A stretch of 64,000 nt of DNA from Azolla caroliniana (GCA_043228905.1 JBHGNT010000003.1:14818001-14882000), one strand, 5' to 3'; positions 1-13,890 are shown, numbered from the stretch's first letter. Numbers and translations: made by a program. Notes: generated from the letters alone by a model not told the origin.

Positions 1-1499
1 GACGGAAGGTGACGACAAGAAATCGAAGGACCAAAGTGGCAATGAGGACGATGAACACAGACGAAGGGATCCCTCCACACCGGTTCCGAAGACTTCGGCA
101 GTTGTGCCTGAGAGCCAACATCAGACCGGAGAGATGGAAGGTGGCAGCGAGGAGATGAGGGTCGAAGCCGGCGCATACAGAGGAACGGTTGCCAACAAGG
201 AGGCCAAAAACAAAGCTACAATAGAGTTCGATGAAGAGCCAAAGAGCGGCAAGAAAGGAAGAACCGGAATACAATCGAGATGGAAGATGACTCGGTTGGT
301 ATTCCGACCCGAACGGAAGCCGACCCGGACGAGAGTTGATCAACCAGGCCCGACCCAACTGAAAACCGGACAGAAACTAACCCGAACGAAAGTCGATCAT
401 CTAAGTCCGATTCGGCCGAATGCGAATCCGAACGAAGGCTGACCAAGCCAGAAGTTGATTGGTCGAGACCAATCCCGACAGAAGTTGAGCCAGCCTAGAC
501 AGAGGTCGAAGCAAACGAGTCGCGACATCCAGTCGAGGCTGTTGAGCATAAGGAAAGGCAAGCATGAGACGAGAAAGGATGATAAAGGAAAGTTAAGTGA
601 CCAAGGAGATGGCCGAGATGAAGGTGGCACATGCACGAGGCATGAAGCGTTATGCTCGGGAGGAGCACAGGGAGCCTTGACAACTAGACATGGCAATAAA
701 AAAGGTGAGCGAATGATATGGTGGATCGGATGGCAACGACAGTTCGAAGTAGACGACAAAAAGACGGTGCGGATGAGGCACAAGAAAGGAGGAAATGAAA
801 CACCAACCACCTTTGACCCTTCCACATCACTCTTTTCTTCTTGGCACATATCGGAGGATGTGCGGTTTGGTGGGGGTGGATGTCGTGATGTGGCATGTCT
901 AGTGCGAGAGAAACTCAAAAATTGAGGATCCACACATATTTCACGAATACTTGTAAAAATGGGGTTGCAAGTAGGATTTGAACCTTGCACCTCTAAGGTA
1001 AGAGGCAATTACCTTACCACTAAAGCTACTACTAAGTGCTTTAGATGTTCTATATTTCTTTCTCATATTCAGTATTCCGTAGGAAACAAACGAACAAAAC
1101 CGTGTACACAAAACCATAGTTTTAAGCCCATGGTTTCCTGCATGTCACAAAGCAAAACTGTGTGCACAAAAACCATGGCTCCAAGCCCATGGTTTTGTGC
1201 ATGGACAAACCTATAAAACCCCTAGTACGGCTTGTGTAAGGGGGGGCTCAATGTGATATGAGCATCATCATCACCATCAATAATATAAGCTTCTATTTCT
1301 TCTTCTTCGCATCTATCTTGTAATTATTTATCTACTTCTGAAAGTGTACAATCTTCAATCTTCTCAAGTGTAATAGGTCTTCCTCCAATCTTACATTCAC
1401 ATCGTCCTCTTCTCAATACCTTGACAGACATCCTCCTTGGTCCAAGACCCCGGTGGTCCCGCTCAAGCGAAGCACGCTCGCACGCGCATCTTCGCGACA
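1..1499 (+). mobile_element. 3' part of a tRNA-Trp-family gag-only LTR retrotransposon (5' end outside window); 3' LTR 881-1499
   Basis: Decayed ORF pieces resemble the C-terminal half of the 741-aa ORF at 34787 (PVPKTSAV repeat, IWWIGW, FGGGG). It has the same pre-LTR tract GCGGTTTGGTGGGGGTGGA. The LTR runs TGTCGTGA...TTCGCGACA and shares U5 (TCCAAGACCCCGGTGGTC) with the LTRs at 34097/36974. Confidence 0.85.
955..1032 (-). promoter_or_regulatory. tRNA-derived Pol III-type module (A box, B box, T5) inside LTR U3; not a functional tRNA
   Basis: Minus strand reads TAGCTTTAGTGGTAAGG...CTCTTACC...GAGGTGCAAGGTTCAAATCCTACTTGCAACCCCA-TTTTT. Acceptor and anticodon stems pair poorly. Confidence 0.7.
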
Positions 1500-2679
1500 A
1501 CGCAACGATATCCCGCACGCTTTCCCATGTTTCGGTGAGGCCACTCTCAGTGGTTGTGTCCTCCAAAAGCACTCCAAGATCGTTCTGGTCCTGGATGTCC
1601 ACGACTCGTAGGAACATGATCACTTTGTTTGGTGCGAGGATAGCTTGATCTCTCGCAAACAACCTCCCGAACCGACTTTCGAATGATGAAAACACATCGA
1701 GGACCTTCATCCCCTTATCTGGTGTTTCCACCCAATCTTCGAATCCCCTCCTCGTTGCCTTGATGGCGAACGTGGTCTTTAGCGCCTCTTCAAATGCCTC
1801 CCACGTCGGATTTTATTGTCGTATCCCATGGATACTCCCCTGGATACTCCCTTGAAGCTCGTCGGTCACCACCCGGTTGAAGGATGTCATTTGTAGTCCT
1901 TCCGAAATCTCGCACCGTAGCATTTCCACCTTGTAATCTCGCAAATATCGCGACACGTCTTTCCCGTTGAATTTCCTGTTCCGTTGCATGAGCTGCTCTA
2001 TTGCCGCCACAATCTCCGACATCGCGCGTTCTTGTAGCATCCGCTCAAACATCGCCATCATGTTGTTAGCCCCCGGTTGATTTTCCATCTCCTTGTCACC
2101 CGGTTTCATGTCGGGTTCACCACTTGTGTCGGTCCTTTCGGCTCTGGATCGTTGCGTGAGTCGGGTGGGAACCACTGAGGTTTTGGACTAGGAGAAAGAA
2201 GAATACAATATAAGGCTAGTTATGAATAGGTAGAAAAAGAAGTAAGAAATAAAACTTGTGAATCCCACGTTTTTAGTGTATTTAATCAATATTTAGATTG
2301 TAAGAAAGAGAAATTTGATGATAAACTCGTGAATCCCACGAATATATTAGATTGATCAATCCTTGTAAAACAATCAACAACACCATACATCTTTCTCTCC
2401 TCCTTATATAAGGATGGAAGAGCCTAAGCATAGCTTCATGCTTTTTCTAAAGTGTTCATGCACACTAAATGTGCATGAGTTGCCTTTTTTACACTAGTTA
2501 ACAAGGGGAAAATGATCTTTCTAGACACGTATGTTTTCTTTTAAAAAATAGATATGGGCAAATGCCTTCACATATCTCTCATATGCATAAACATTAAACA
2601 TTTGAAAGGAGCAAGGTCTCAAGTTTAATGTATTTGTTCTCAAGGTCTCAAGTTTAAATATGACCAAGACCATACAACA
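1500..2679 (-). mobile_element. 5' part of a related Trp-primed LTR element (5' LTR ~2127-2679, PBS 2105-2122, decayed gag), interrupted at 1499/1500 by the element to its left
   Basis: Minus-strand TGGTGAACCCGACATGAA follows an LTR end ...GGACCGACA. Gag fragments FNGKDVSRYLRDYKVEM and KVIMFLRVVD...LTETWESV align to the N-terminus of the 741-aa ORF. Confidence 0.75.
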
Positions 2680-2694
2680 TTATTGATACATGTA

Positions 2695-3662
2695 TGATGT
2701 GAATATAAAACATGTTTAGACTTTAGGTTTAAGTGCACTTCGGGGTCCTCATAATAGGACGTAAAGAGCTGAAACCACATGGGTGGGCATAAAGACATAG
2801 TTTATTGTTAACATTTTTTCATGTATAAACTATTCATGATATGAGCATACATGGTTGAGCCTTGGAGAGCCGCCATGAAAAAAATCAATATAGAGATAAG
2901 GGAAAGACATTCATTTGTCACCCCCATGGTTTTTAAAACACCTTTGTGTTACCAACCTGATCTTGAACCTCATCTCATACATCAAGAGGGGTATTGACGT
3001 GAGATCATGATATTCATTAATGTTTGCCCATGATATGTTTACATCACGACATTATGTTATGACTATTTGTTTGATCTTATCCTATTTCTTTGTTAGAAAT
3101 TATCATTCAATGGCTCATAATAATGACCTGATGACATCCACCTACGTGGAAGGAATTCAAGGAAATCCTCCTGGACCAATCTCCATTGAGTCATATTTTT
3201 TACAAATACAAAATTTCAATTCTACCTTGCACGAGATTTCCGAACTTCGGCAATCTCATAGTGCTCTTGAGGCACGTGCTATTAGTATACAATGTGATAC
3301 TAATAGACCCGATGAGCGTCAAGGTGAACCATCATTTGTCGTAAAGTCATTTACGGGAGAGAAAAAGGAAAGAACCAAAGAAGCAATCTGCATGTGTTTG
3401 GGCCGATGGGAGTCTCATTTTGAGCTCTATCCCAGGCTAGATAGTATGAAGATTGCATATGATCGGTCGAGAAATAGGGGGTAAGGCCACCGCTTGGTGG
3501 TGTGGGCTCCGTACTATGGGGAAATTGCCCAATACCTGGACAACCTTTGTCACAATTTTCAAGGGTCAATTTCTGCAACCTCCATCTCGAACTGAGGCAA
3601 CACAAGCTTTAATGAATTTGTCTGGCAAGAAGTTTTCCTCGTTAGAAGATTATGTTCACCAT
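2695..3662 (+). mobile_element. Ty3/gypsy remnant: short LTR (~2695-2984) plus frameshifted gag
   Basis: TGATG...CATCA termini and a degenerate PBS-like GACGTGA. Gag-like peptide ATAWWCGL...TWTTFVTIFKGQFL. Confidence 0.5.
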
Positions 3663-4120
3663 TGTTATTAGAGTTATGATCTAATGTAAACATATGATAA
3701 GGATATAAGATATATGAAATAAGAAAGGAGAGAGAGAAAGAAGGGTGTCGATCCAACAGACCACCCCCGAGCGAAGGGATCGAGATGGACTCGAGCCTCG
3801 ATCGGCGTCCCATACCACCGTCGTGGCGTCGAGTCGTACCTGGTGCTGGCGCGCTTGCTACAAGAGTTGACCCACCACTAAACAAAGTCTCGACATAGTC
3901 AAGAGAATTTGAAATGAGGGTAGCTAGGCCTCATATTTATAGCTAGACCTAAGGCCCCCAGGCAAGTTCGCACTTGGCCTAATGGGTTGTCTCAATGCCG
4001 AGTATTAAAAGTAATCCTCCTCGTATTTATACTCTTATTTAACCCTCACACTTTATCCATGTGTATAGAATACTACAGTAAATTCTCACCACGGGATATT
4101 ATATGGTCATGCCCGTAACA
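3663..4120 (-). repeat. Probable solo LTR
   Basis: TGTTA...TAACA termini and a minus-strand TATAAATA near 3935; it interrupts the gag remnant. No TSD found. Confidence 0.35.
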
Positions 4121-4410
4121 ATTATCACGGACAAGTAGACGAGGCTAAATACTAAGAGCGAGAGACAAAGAGATAGAGAGAGAAAATAGACAAGAGGGTG
4201 AGAACTAAACTATGTTTCCGTAACTGGTGTTGTTCACCTTGCCCGAGTATTTATACAAGAATGTGGAGGTATGCATGTAAGCTAGGAAACATCTAGAGAG
4301 GCCATGGAAACTTCTAGAGAGTGCATGAAGATGCATTCTCTAGAAGTTTCTTGAAAGTTCTAGTGATTAACCTACAATGTAATAAACCAGTATAATAATG
4401 CATAGATGCA

Positions 4411-4470
4411 TGTAGCTCAATTGGTAAGGTTTCCCAATAAGACCAGGAGGTCATGGGTTCAACCCCTTAC
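4411..4470 (+). promoter_or_regulatory. tRNA-derived A/B-box module, antisense within the chromovirus LTR U3
   Basis: TGTAGCTCAATTGGTAAGG...GGAGGTCATGGGTTCAACCCC; the anticodon arm is shortened or degenerate. Confidence 0.65.
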
Positions 4471-5765
4471 ATTCCATCGTGTCCATGACATTATCCTCTC
4501 TCTAAGGTCGCCTCCTAGGACTTGCGGCCGACGTAGTGGGTATCGTTGATGAAAATCGTGAATGGCCTCTAGAGCATTTTGTAAATGTGTAACCAGTTCC
4601 CATGCGGCGTCTGAAATGGGGTGACCTTTCGATAAAGACCAAATATTGGAGTTGTCGACGACGATAGGGGGAGTCGAGGATTTGGTCAAACTCATATTCT
4701 TCTCATGTCAACAATTCCACGGGTGGTGGTGGAGGAGGTTGTTGTCTCAGAATTCGAGAAGGATGGTAGAGTTCGAGGAGGGAAACGTGAAAAACATCGT
4801 GAATCCTGAATGTTGGAGGAAGTGCTAACCGGAAGGTGATTGGGTTGATCTGCTCGATGATACGGAAGAGGCCGAGTCTTTTGTAGTCCAATTTTTGCAC
4901 AAGGACGTGTGGTGGCGATGTGGCGACGTAACAACCAACCCATGTCCCTGATTGCAAACGTCAATGCACCCAAGCGACGTCGGTTCGCATGATCTTTATA
5001 CTGATCGCCAACGACACGGAGTTCTAGGGAGAGGTCACAATGGACATTGTGTAAAGTGCGGGCACGTGTCTCTGCCAAAGGATTGACCGAAATTGTAGGT
5101 ATGGAAATGTTGAAATGAGGGTGAAATGCATAGCTTGCAAAGAAGGGGGAGTCCTTAGTCGAAGCATGGATACTATTATTGTAGGAAAATTCTGCCATTG
5201 CAAGGAATTCCACCCAATCTTCTTGTTGGTATCTCACAGTACACCAAAGGTATTGTTCGAGGATTTGGTTGATTCGTTCGGTTTGCCCATCAGTTTGAGG
5301 ATGGTATGCTAATGACAAGTTTACAGAAGTCTCGAATGTCTGTAGAAGTTGTCACCAAAAATGGGAAATGAATTGAGAACCTCAATCAGAGGTGATATCC
5401 TTGGGTGATATCCCTGTAGTCAGCTATCTCTTCTCCGGAAATGGTTTTGGAACATGGGACAAAGTGAGCCATATTCGAAAAACGATTGACAATGACTAGC
5501 ACAGTATCATGGCCACCTATCAGAGGGAGGTCAGTTATAAAGTCCATTGATGGAGAGGCCCATGGTCGACTTGGAATTGGGAGCGGGTGGAGAAGACCGT
5601 ATGGCCGATGGTGAGCCGTTTTGGACCGAACACATACATCACATGTCTTGATAAATTCCTTGACAAATTTCCAAGGTTGGGGCCACCAAAACCCCTGAGA
5701 TAGCAACTCCAGGATTTTCGTAACCCCAAAGTGGCCGGCAAGAAGATCATCATGATAGTTTTGTA

Positions 5766-5882
5766 GTATGACACGATCCTTCAGGAACGTACAAGAGATG
5801 ATTACGATATAGTAACCCATCCTGTGTATGACACGATCCTTCGGGAACGTATAGGAGATGATTACGATATAGTAACCCATCC
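5766..5882. repeat. ~60-bp tandem duplication in the gypsy integrase region
   Basis: GTATGACACGATCCTTC(A/G)GGAACGTA...ATAGTAACCCATCC occurs twice. Confidence 0.9.
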
Positions 5883-7427
5883 CATGTTGTCAATGTCAAG
5901 AAAATGCAAGAAAATTTTGAATTATCATTTGTACCAAAATAGTGTGCCAACCAAGTACTTTGGATGGAGTATCGATGTTCTTAACAAATGCACTTTCTGT
6001 GAAAATAAGAAAACATAAAGTACAATGAACCCAAATAACAAAAAACTTCATGGATATATATTTATTTAATCTCTATGCAAAACTTAATCGTCAACCACAT
6101 TCCCAAGTCCTTCAATGAGTTGAGGTTTGTTAAGATCTAGTTTCATTGCTCATAGCTCTAAGGTTATGTTAGTCGACAAAGTGAATCTAAAAGACGATGC
6201 TACTCTCACACCCAACAATATCCCAATTTCACAACTTACAATTCACTTATTGCTACCCTAATCCCCTTGAGGCTAGGAATTACGATCTAAAACAATTCCC
6301 AAGCCCAATTGCTTTACCATGGAAAAGCCATTGAAGAGTTGCACGAAACACAAGACGAGGACAATAAGGACAACTAGCAGGAAAGACACCATAGTGGGCA
6401 ACAACATGAGAAGGATCATGGTCAAGGAAAGATATTGTAAAGTATGTGTGATGCACGAAAGAAAAAAGGTACAAATTTAGTCTACAAAACATAAGGAACG
6501 TAATGGATCTCATAAGGTGAAGATTGATTCATTGAGGTGAGAAAAAAAGGACACAACATGACACAAATGCACATGACACAAGGAGAGAGTCAAGGACACC
6601 CAAAGAAAACAAACCATAGTGAAAACAAAATCATATTCAAAAAAGAGAAAGCAAAACTTCACATCATATAATCTATCCTTCATCTCATTTTGTAGAAGAA
6701 CAGTTTGCTAGAAAATCAAAGATGTACACGCAAATCACTATGATTATTTGTTCTTACATATTGTATTAGATTGGCAACTATATCGATGCAATTTTGTATA
6801 CTTGGTATTCTATGCTTTGTAGTGCATGTTAACCCCTATTTACAATGCTCATTACAGAAAAACCAAACTTTGTGAATGATAAGAATGATAAAAGAATACA
6901 TTACATCAGATACTCAAAGTAGTGTCAAACTACATTATTTCTCTTTAGAAATGACATCAGATACTGAAAATTGTTGAATGGATTGTCAGTGGAAATATGT
7001 CTTTGGAATGGTCATTGATTTCTCATAAGCATGCCAAACTCATCAGTGCAAATCTGTGGATCCTTGAGAATATTGTGGTATCAACGATTCCAAAATGTGT
7101 ATGGTAATAAAGGTCTGTTCTATTGCATGTAATATTGTGTTTCATGACTTCAAGTTGCATGTACATATGTATATATATTCACTTAAACGGATCATAAAGA
7201 ACCAATTTATTTATTTGTTTCCAAAAGCGAACCAATTGTTTTTTACACCCACGCATTTGGCATCTACATCGAGAAAATGAAGGCATGAGATATTGGAATT
7301 GCAGACATGATTGAAAACATATATATGATGACAAATGCATCATAATGGCATGAGAAGAAAGACTACATATGACCAGCAATAATCTCTTTCCCAATAAGAG
7401 AGTATCTCTAGGCTGCAGACACAAGGT

Positions 7428-7526
7428 AGTTTTGATTCCTATACAAGAGTAGAGGAAGAATGAATTTATATGCACCAGTTTTGATTCCTATACAAGAGTA
7501 GAGGAAGAATGAATTTATATGCACCA
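7428..7526. repeat. ~49-bp tandem duplication downstream of the RING gene
   Basis: TTTTGATTCCTATACAAGAGTAGAGGAAGAATGAATTTATATGCACC occurs twice. Confidence 0.9.
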
Positions 7527-7913
7527 AACAAATGGCTGCTGCAGTGGTTAATTGTGCACACCTGCAGATAGAGGTTGCATGATTAATTTATTTCACCACT
7601 TTTGGAGCAACATTACATATTTAAGGCAAAACGAGATTGGCAATATCTTTTGATGCAACATTTTTTTAATTTGCGAGAACTGATTCTTCTAAATAAGTAT
7701 TCGTGCATTCTGACTTTATACACATGATCATAAATCATATAGAAAAATATTTATGTATTTGAGCTGATTCCAGAAGTTATACTCCCAATGACCTACACTA
7801 GTCTAGATATATACATCTCATAAAAACCTGGCAAGACAAATTCAGTATCATACCTGGAATCAATCAGGAGACATAATAACATTCCTAAGAACATATCGAA
7901 GTTTCTCAAAAGA

Positions 7914-10900
7914 TCATGTGGAGCCCTCATTATCATTAGCTTTCAGTTCACAAACATCTCGGCGACAGAGAGGACAGATCCTGTTGTAAGGGGAAAACAA
8001 AAACAAACATTAGATTATATTTGATTACACACATACTCACAACGTATACTTACAGTACATGCATACATACACACACATAAACATACATACGCATGCATTC
8101 CACCATCTCCATGCTCGCACATCTACGGCAGTCAGATGGATCAGGACAATCGGGAGTGTACAGTTCCCACTAACTCAGTACCACAGTGGTCCAAGGGGGT
8201 CATTGGAATCCAAAATGTTGGTCACCTTGAAATTCCCACAGCATGTATTTCGTCCTGTCAAGTATGCCCTCCAAAAACTCTGGCAATTGTGACCTCGCCC
8301 CATACATACATATATACGTACATACTCACAATACATATGTCCAGACATACAGACATAAATACAAACATATTTTTAATATGTTACCTATGGACTTCTTTCA
8401 GCCATTTGTCTATGCAAATCATGTGATACTCATGACCACATGGAAGGACCCTCATCTGATCTCCATTTTCATATTCCATCAGGCAAACGTGGCATCTGCA
8501 AAAAATAAAAACAAGATATTGTGATACTTTCTTCAAAAGGTACAACATATACATATATAATACTAGGGGCAGCAGCAGTGATTAATCATGGTTTACAAAG
8601 ATTATGTTCAATCTTGATCCATGTAGATATATTATAATACTGAAAAGATATTAAAATCAGGTTTTATATACATATGCTTAATATCCAGCGATGTAGATAA
8701 ATTATAACATTGTCATACATTCACTGTGAGTAACAAACCTTTTATTTCAAGATGTACTCAGAATTATTAACGGAAAAGACATTGCATATTTGATCTTTAG
8801 TGTATATACACTTACTGTGGTGTAGAATCTTCACTGTTCTCAACTTTCTCAAAGAGTCTTGAAGGAATTGATTCTACAACAGCACCAGGCGCTGGGAGGT
8901 ATCCAAGTGATAGCCCATTTAATCGAGAAATAGAAACTGATTGACGATGTATATCCTCCAACACCTTCAAACAAAATCAACACAGAAAGCGTACAAAGAA
9001 GTCTTGAAATTTTTAGAAAAGTACTACAATCTAAAATAACCAAAATCATATGTATTATTATTATGCATCCAACCTGGTAAAAAAGCAGGCAAAAAGAAGT
9101 AAAATATGCTTACTTGAAAGAGAGCTTCAGCAAGCATTAGAATCCGTGAAATACTTGCTCTTGTTGTAGGATCTTCATGTTGTCGTGGAGAATCCATCAT
9201 GTGGCCATGGTGCACCTCTGACGATGGATCAGGCCTGATGTGGCTAGGTAGCCGTTCAAGATGAGCACTTAGCTGTTGAAGAGTCCACATCTGCTTTTTA
9301 AGACAAAGATTAGTTCTAATAATATTTACACCTCTTTTCTGCGTAATGCTAAAACTTGGAATTGTCAGAGGGAAATGAGAAGAAAATTATAATGTCAAGT
9401 TTACATATTTCATTAAATATATGCCAAAATTTAGTCAAGACATTGGTAATTTTCCCTTAATCTTAACAGCAAAATGAGTACATGAGAAATAACATCCAAC
9501 CAACCTGGGATCTGAACCGATGTCGGCGTTCCTCGATACTCAAGTTTCTGTTTCGGTAACGTTCGCTCTCTTCATGGAGAGGATTCCTTGCTCCAACCCT
9601 CCTATTTGACAACCTCGCTCTGCTATGATAGAGGAGTAGTATAGGTTCAATATTTTCCCTGAAATTCTGATTACTATTTTGCTGCAACGATGCATCATGC
9701 ATCACTAATGTATCTAAGAACTGCCTAGTCTCATTCCGTCTTTCCTCTCCATCTATAGCTTCTCCCCTACATGTGGCATTACCCCATGTCAAAGTAGTTC
9801 AATCAACTCAATTGTCAATTACATTGTCAACATGGTATAAATTTATACATAAATTTTATTATTGTCCTTGGAGGTCAAATATGACCTATGAGACCAAACG
9901 TGAATCATTTTCATATAGTATGTGTGCAATTGTGTAGCAGCTCTCTGTGTTCAAGAATTTTACTAATAAATGTTGCAATTGAGAGCGCATAATGTGATTG
10001 CAACAGATATATTTATACATAAATTTTATTATTGTCCTTGGAGGTCAAATATGACCTATGAGACCAAACGTGAATCATTTTCATATAGTATGTGTGCAAT
10101 TGTGTAGCAGCTCTCTGTGTTCAAGAATTTTACTAATAAATGTTGCAATTGAGAGCGCATAATGTGATTGTGAGAGGGATGCATATATGGAGTAGACCCA
10201 TATTTGACAATGTGTGAAAAACAAACTTGAGTGTGATCAAATGCAGCAACTTGTATCAAAGCGTGATACTCTGATTCCCCAACCTGTTTAGGGAAAAATA
10301 TTCCATACTTGACATGTTTATGTCAACTGCTTGGAGACTATGGAATCATTTGATTGATACATCGATGTGGCATGTAGGTGGTAAGTTATATATGGTATAA
10401 CAAAGATTTGAATCTGGAGCCTTATGTTGATAGCCTAATAGCATACAACTATGATAAGGCGATTACAATAAAGAGAGAGAGAGAGAGAGAGTACCTTTCA
10501 TACCCTTGAGCCAATCGCAAATTATCTTCATCTTGTATGGGAACATAATTACTCACTGATTGTGAAGTTGTTTCTTCTGGTTCTCCTTGTGTGCTTCTTG
10601 TCTCATTGCCTATTAAAACACTTTGTGAATTTACTTCTTCTACTTCGACCATTTGTTGGCTTTGCCTCAGTTCAGGTCTTTCGTCAGTTCTACTTAAGCA
10701 CAATCTTCTCAATGGAGCCATATTAACTTGTCGTGTTCTCGAAATAATCCTGGAAGTAGGATTCACAGTCCTTTCACCAATATCTAGAGACCCTCGAGCT
10801 TCATATGTGATTTGTTGCCTGGAACCGCCATGTGGATGGTTCATATCAGTATTAGAACCAGCAGTATTATCCATCATGGAAACCTCTTGATCAATCCCAA

Positions 10901-13214
10901 TGTCCAGGAATATCTTCTTGAATATGTTTGATGGCTGTAAATAAAAGAATCACGTCAATAGAACTCTTAAATATTCTTCCAAATTCTGTAGTGATTTTCT
11001 CAAGGTATGCATTTGATCTAGAACTAGTAACCTATATAGAACTATGAAATGCTTAAATATACAGCCTTGCATTTTGTGATTTTTTGGTTTCAGGAAGGAG
11101 CAAAATCTGCATTGCTTTGGGAAACATACGGTGTGCCTATAACAGCATGACATGTACAAAGGTTTATAGAATATGTACAAAATGGAAGGAGCCATGAGAG
11201 TATTGTCCCGTTGGATGTGATGGAGTTCTCCAACAGCTGCAATCCATTCCCATTGTTGACAGTGACCATCCATTCCAGTTGTGGACAGTGAGGGTACATG
11301 GGTCAAAGACAAGACAACACTTAAGATGTAATCTCTTGTTTGTTCTTATAGGTCATTTTGGCCCCTAAAAAGACGTTAATATATCTTTCTTTCCTTTTTT
11401 CTACTTAGTTTGAGTGTTTAATTAAGTGTCATGCTGATTTAACTATTCGGCAATCATTTGATTTCTCCGAATTTCATCATTACCAAGATTTGCGTATAAT
11501 CATTACTTGCCCCTCAAAAAGTGAATGTTTGTCCTATCATAAATACCACACAATACATGATTGGATTCTTGCATAGGACTTATATTTAAGACCTTTCTAT
11601 TTATAAATGTCTACTGGATTTCACATACCTTTCGCCATGTAACTTCTAGAGCTTGAGTTGAAGAAACCTTAGCTCATACAAGATGTAAACATCCCCCAGA
11701 TTAGAAGTTCCTAGTGTGAATACCCAAGTGTAGAGAAACCTATGTGAGGAGCCAACGAGTTCCAACTTATACATTTTATAAAGGTATCCCTCACTACATC
11801 CTTTTTCTTCCCATATCACAATATCCAAATCATCAATGTCTAATATATTCTGTCCTAGTGGTGTTCCTCTAATTTATAATCACATATCACACTTTTTTCT
11901 TACTTCATCTGATTGTCATTAGTGTTAACTATTTCCATTATGCTGACATAACTTTATATCTTTCAAAGAGATAGTTTCAAAATGCTTCTAGAAACCAGGA
12001 GGAGTGAATAGAGTTTTATGCTTCTAGAAACTGGAAGGAGGTGTCAATAGAGTGTACGCCCTTCAAAGAGTTTACCAATACATACTGAGAGTATGCACAA
12101 TGGCTAGAGTTGACTCAGCAAGGCCACATGGGATAGTCGAGGCTCACCACAAAAAATCCCACTAATGTAAATTACTGTCATCAAATGGTTTGCAAAAGGT
12201 GGCACATTGAGGAAATGAGAAGGACAGAAGATCATGAGTCAATGCTCTACCCAACAACATTGTAAACCCTTCTACATGAAACAGAGAACGGTCCACCATA
12301 GATGTAAGCTTCAGTACTATTGTAGCCGCTTTAGTACTCAACACTGGGAAAATTTACTGAGGGTGATTAGCCAATGCCCTAAGCTCACACTTGAATACAC
12401 TGATGAGGCACCTGGCGACACCCATTGAAAATCGAAAAGGTTGCCTTTTCAGCACACTGGTCATCACGTGAGCTTTAATGTTAATGAAAATGGTATCACA
12501 CTTGAATACACTGATGTGCACCTGGCGACGCCCATTGAAAATCGAAAAGGCTGGTTTTTCAGTACACTGTTTATCACGTGAGGTTTAATGTTAATGAAAA
12601 TGGTATCATCCATCACATGCATCAAGGCCTCAGTACCACATGACGTTATCTATGCAAAGAAATCTATGCTCCCCATGCTAGTGGAGGCTCTCTTTGAGAG
12701 AATCCACTTTATATATTAGTGGGATCTTATATTTCTGTTTTGGCATCAATAACGTGAAGTATACCTATATTTCTGATCATGATTTGCCTCATTGGCCAAT
12801 TTCATTCTCTATTAGAGGTTAATATCTCTTTATTTCTTTCTCCCTCTTTCTTCTAAAACACACAAACTTGGGTCCATAGGCTATACTCTGGACGTCATCG
12901 GAAGTAATGTCTCAACCTAGTTGTAAGTTGTAAGGCAACAAACATGAGGTCGTCAAATTCAAATCTCTACTTTCATACATCTTTGTTAAACTGCATGATT
13001 TCACCCAAACTACATGCCACATCCATATATCGAACTAAAAACATCGTGGTTTCCAAACAACAGGCACAGACATATCAATTATCGAACTAATCTCAATTAT
13101 TGCCTAATCACGACTATCTCTCTCTCTCTAACATATATATACCTTTGAGCCCGGCATTCCATACCAGTGCTGCCCATCAGATCCATTTGTGTATCTGCTG
13201 AGATTGAGCCCCAT
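7914..13214 (-). CDS. RING-H2 E3 ubiquitin ligase, ~425 aa; proposed exons 13143-13214, 10495-10934, 9505-9766, 9114-9290, 8816-8964, 8385-8495, 7914-7980
   Basis: GT-AG junctions give a continuous 1278-nt frame. It carries the plant-family motif RASISRILMLAEALFQVLEDIH...PAPGAVVESIP and a C-terminal CHVCLMEYENGDQMRVLPCGHEYHMICIDKWLKEVHRICPLCR. The first two exons are less certain. Confidence 0.85.
9841..10350 (-). mobile_element. 5'-truncated, diverged copy of the RTEX-like LINE 3' end in a RING intron, with a ~170-bp tandem duplication
   Basis: The reverse complement contains TTTGATACAAGTTGCTGCATTTGATCA and TTTGGTCTCATAGGTCATATTTGACCTCC, matching 17217-17432. 9841-10000 is repeated at 10011-10170. 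Confidence 0.7.
12386..12608. repeat. ~111-bp tandem duplication in RING intron 1
   Basis: TCACACTTGAATACACTGATG...GTTAATGAAAATGGTATCA occurs twice. Confidence 0.85.
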
Positions 13215-13607
13215 TCTAGGTTTCTGTCTTCAAGGGTTTAACTCTCTTTACTTCATTCTGTTTTCTTCCAGACTCAATATAGTTCCTTTGCCTGCTTTCT
13301 TAATGTGCTCTGTTCCTCTTGTTGTTGGGATCTAAAGGATCAACACAAAATAACAAGAAAGCAATTGTTTCCTCACTGATAGAGAAGAAAAAGCAGACAC
13401 AGACGAACAGAGAGAGAGAGAGAGAGAGAAGAGAGACTGATCCTTCTTCTTCGTCTTCTCTACATGATGGCTTCATCATTCACTTTTGCTTGTCTTTTTC
13501 ACTTTAGTTTGCTTACAATATCAATAATATGTATGTACATATGTACACTTGTAACCTACTAGTCAAGAGTTTGTGTTTTGTGTATGTACGATTCCATTCT
13601 CTCTCTC

Positions 13608-13638
<31 letters not shown>

Positions 13639-13890
13639 AGCCATCGTTTTTTACGTTTTATAGCTCCTTGGAAGAGCTTTCTAAGGAATGTTAATTTACT
13701 GAATTCCATTACTGTGGCGAGAAATTATGAGCATTTTCGCCTGCAGCCATCTTTGCCCCACAGTTCCTCAAACACAAGGCAGATTTTGAAGCTCTAAATC
13801 GAGTGAAACGTACATTCTCTCTCTTTCTCTTCCTGTAGGGTTTGGTCCTACAATGCAAACACTCGTAAGGCCGCCTCAAAGTTCGGGAGT

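Larger units (their letters stand above)
4123..5990 (-). mobile_element. Ty3/gypsy chromovirus (Tcn1-like) 3' remnant: integrase, GPY/F, chromodomain and 3' LTR 4123-4490
   Basis: Peptides HDDLLAGHFG..WWP..CDVC, SMDFITDLP, YHPQTDGQTER, KLDYKRLGLF..FHVSLL and WELVTHLQNA..FHQRYP. PPT AGAGAGAGGATAA precedes an LTR TGTCATGGAC...GTCCGTGATA. Confidence 0.85.

Noticed and set aside
955-1032. Functional tRNA gene (CTT anticodon-like); likewise 4411, 34217 and 37094
   Set aside because: Acceptor and anticodon stems do not pair, and the loop differs between homologous LTRs.
6000-6700. Possible further LTR or TE remnant
   Set aside because: No termini, TSD or protein motif could be supported.
12910-12970. 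Faint tRNA/SINE-like head in RING intron 1
   Set aside because: A and B boxes too degenerate; no tail or TSD.
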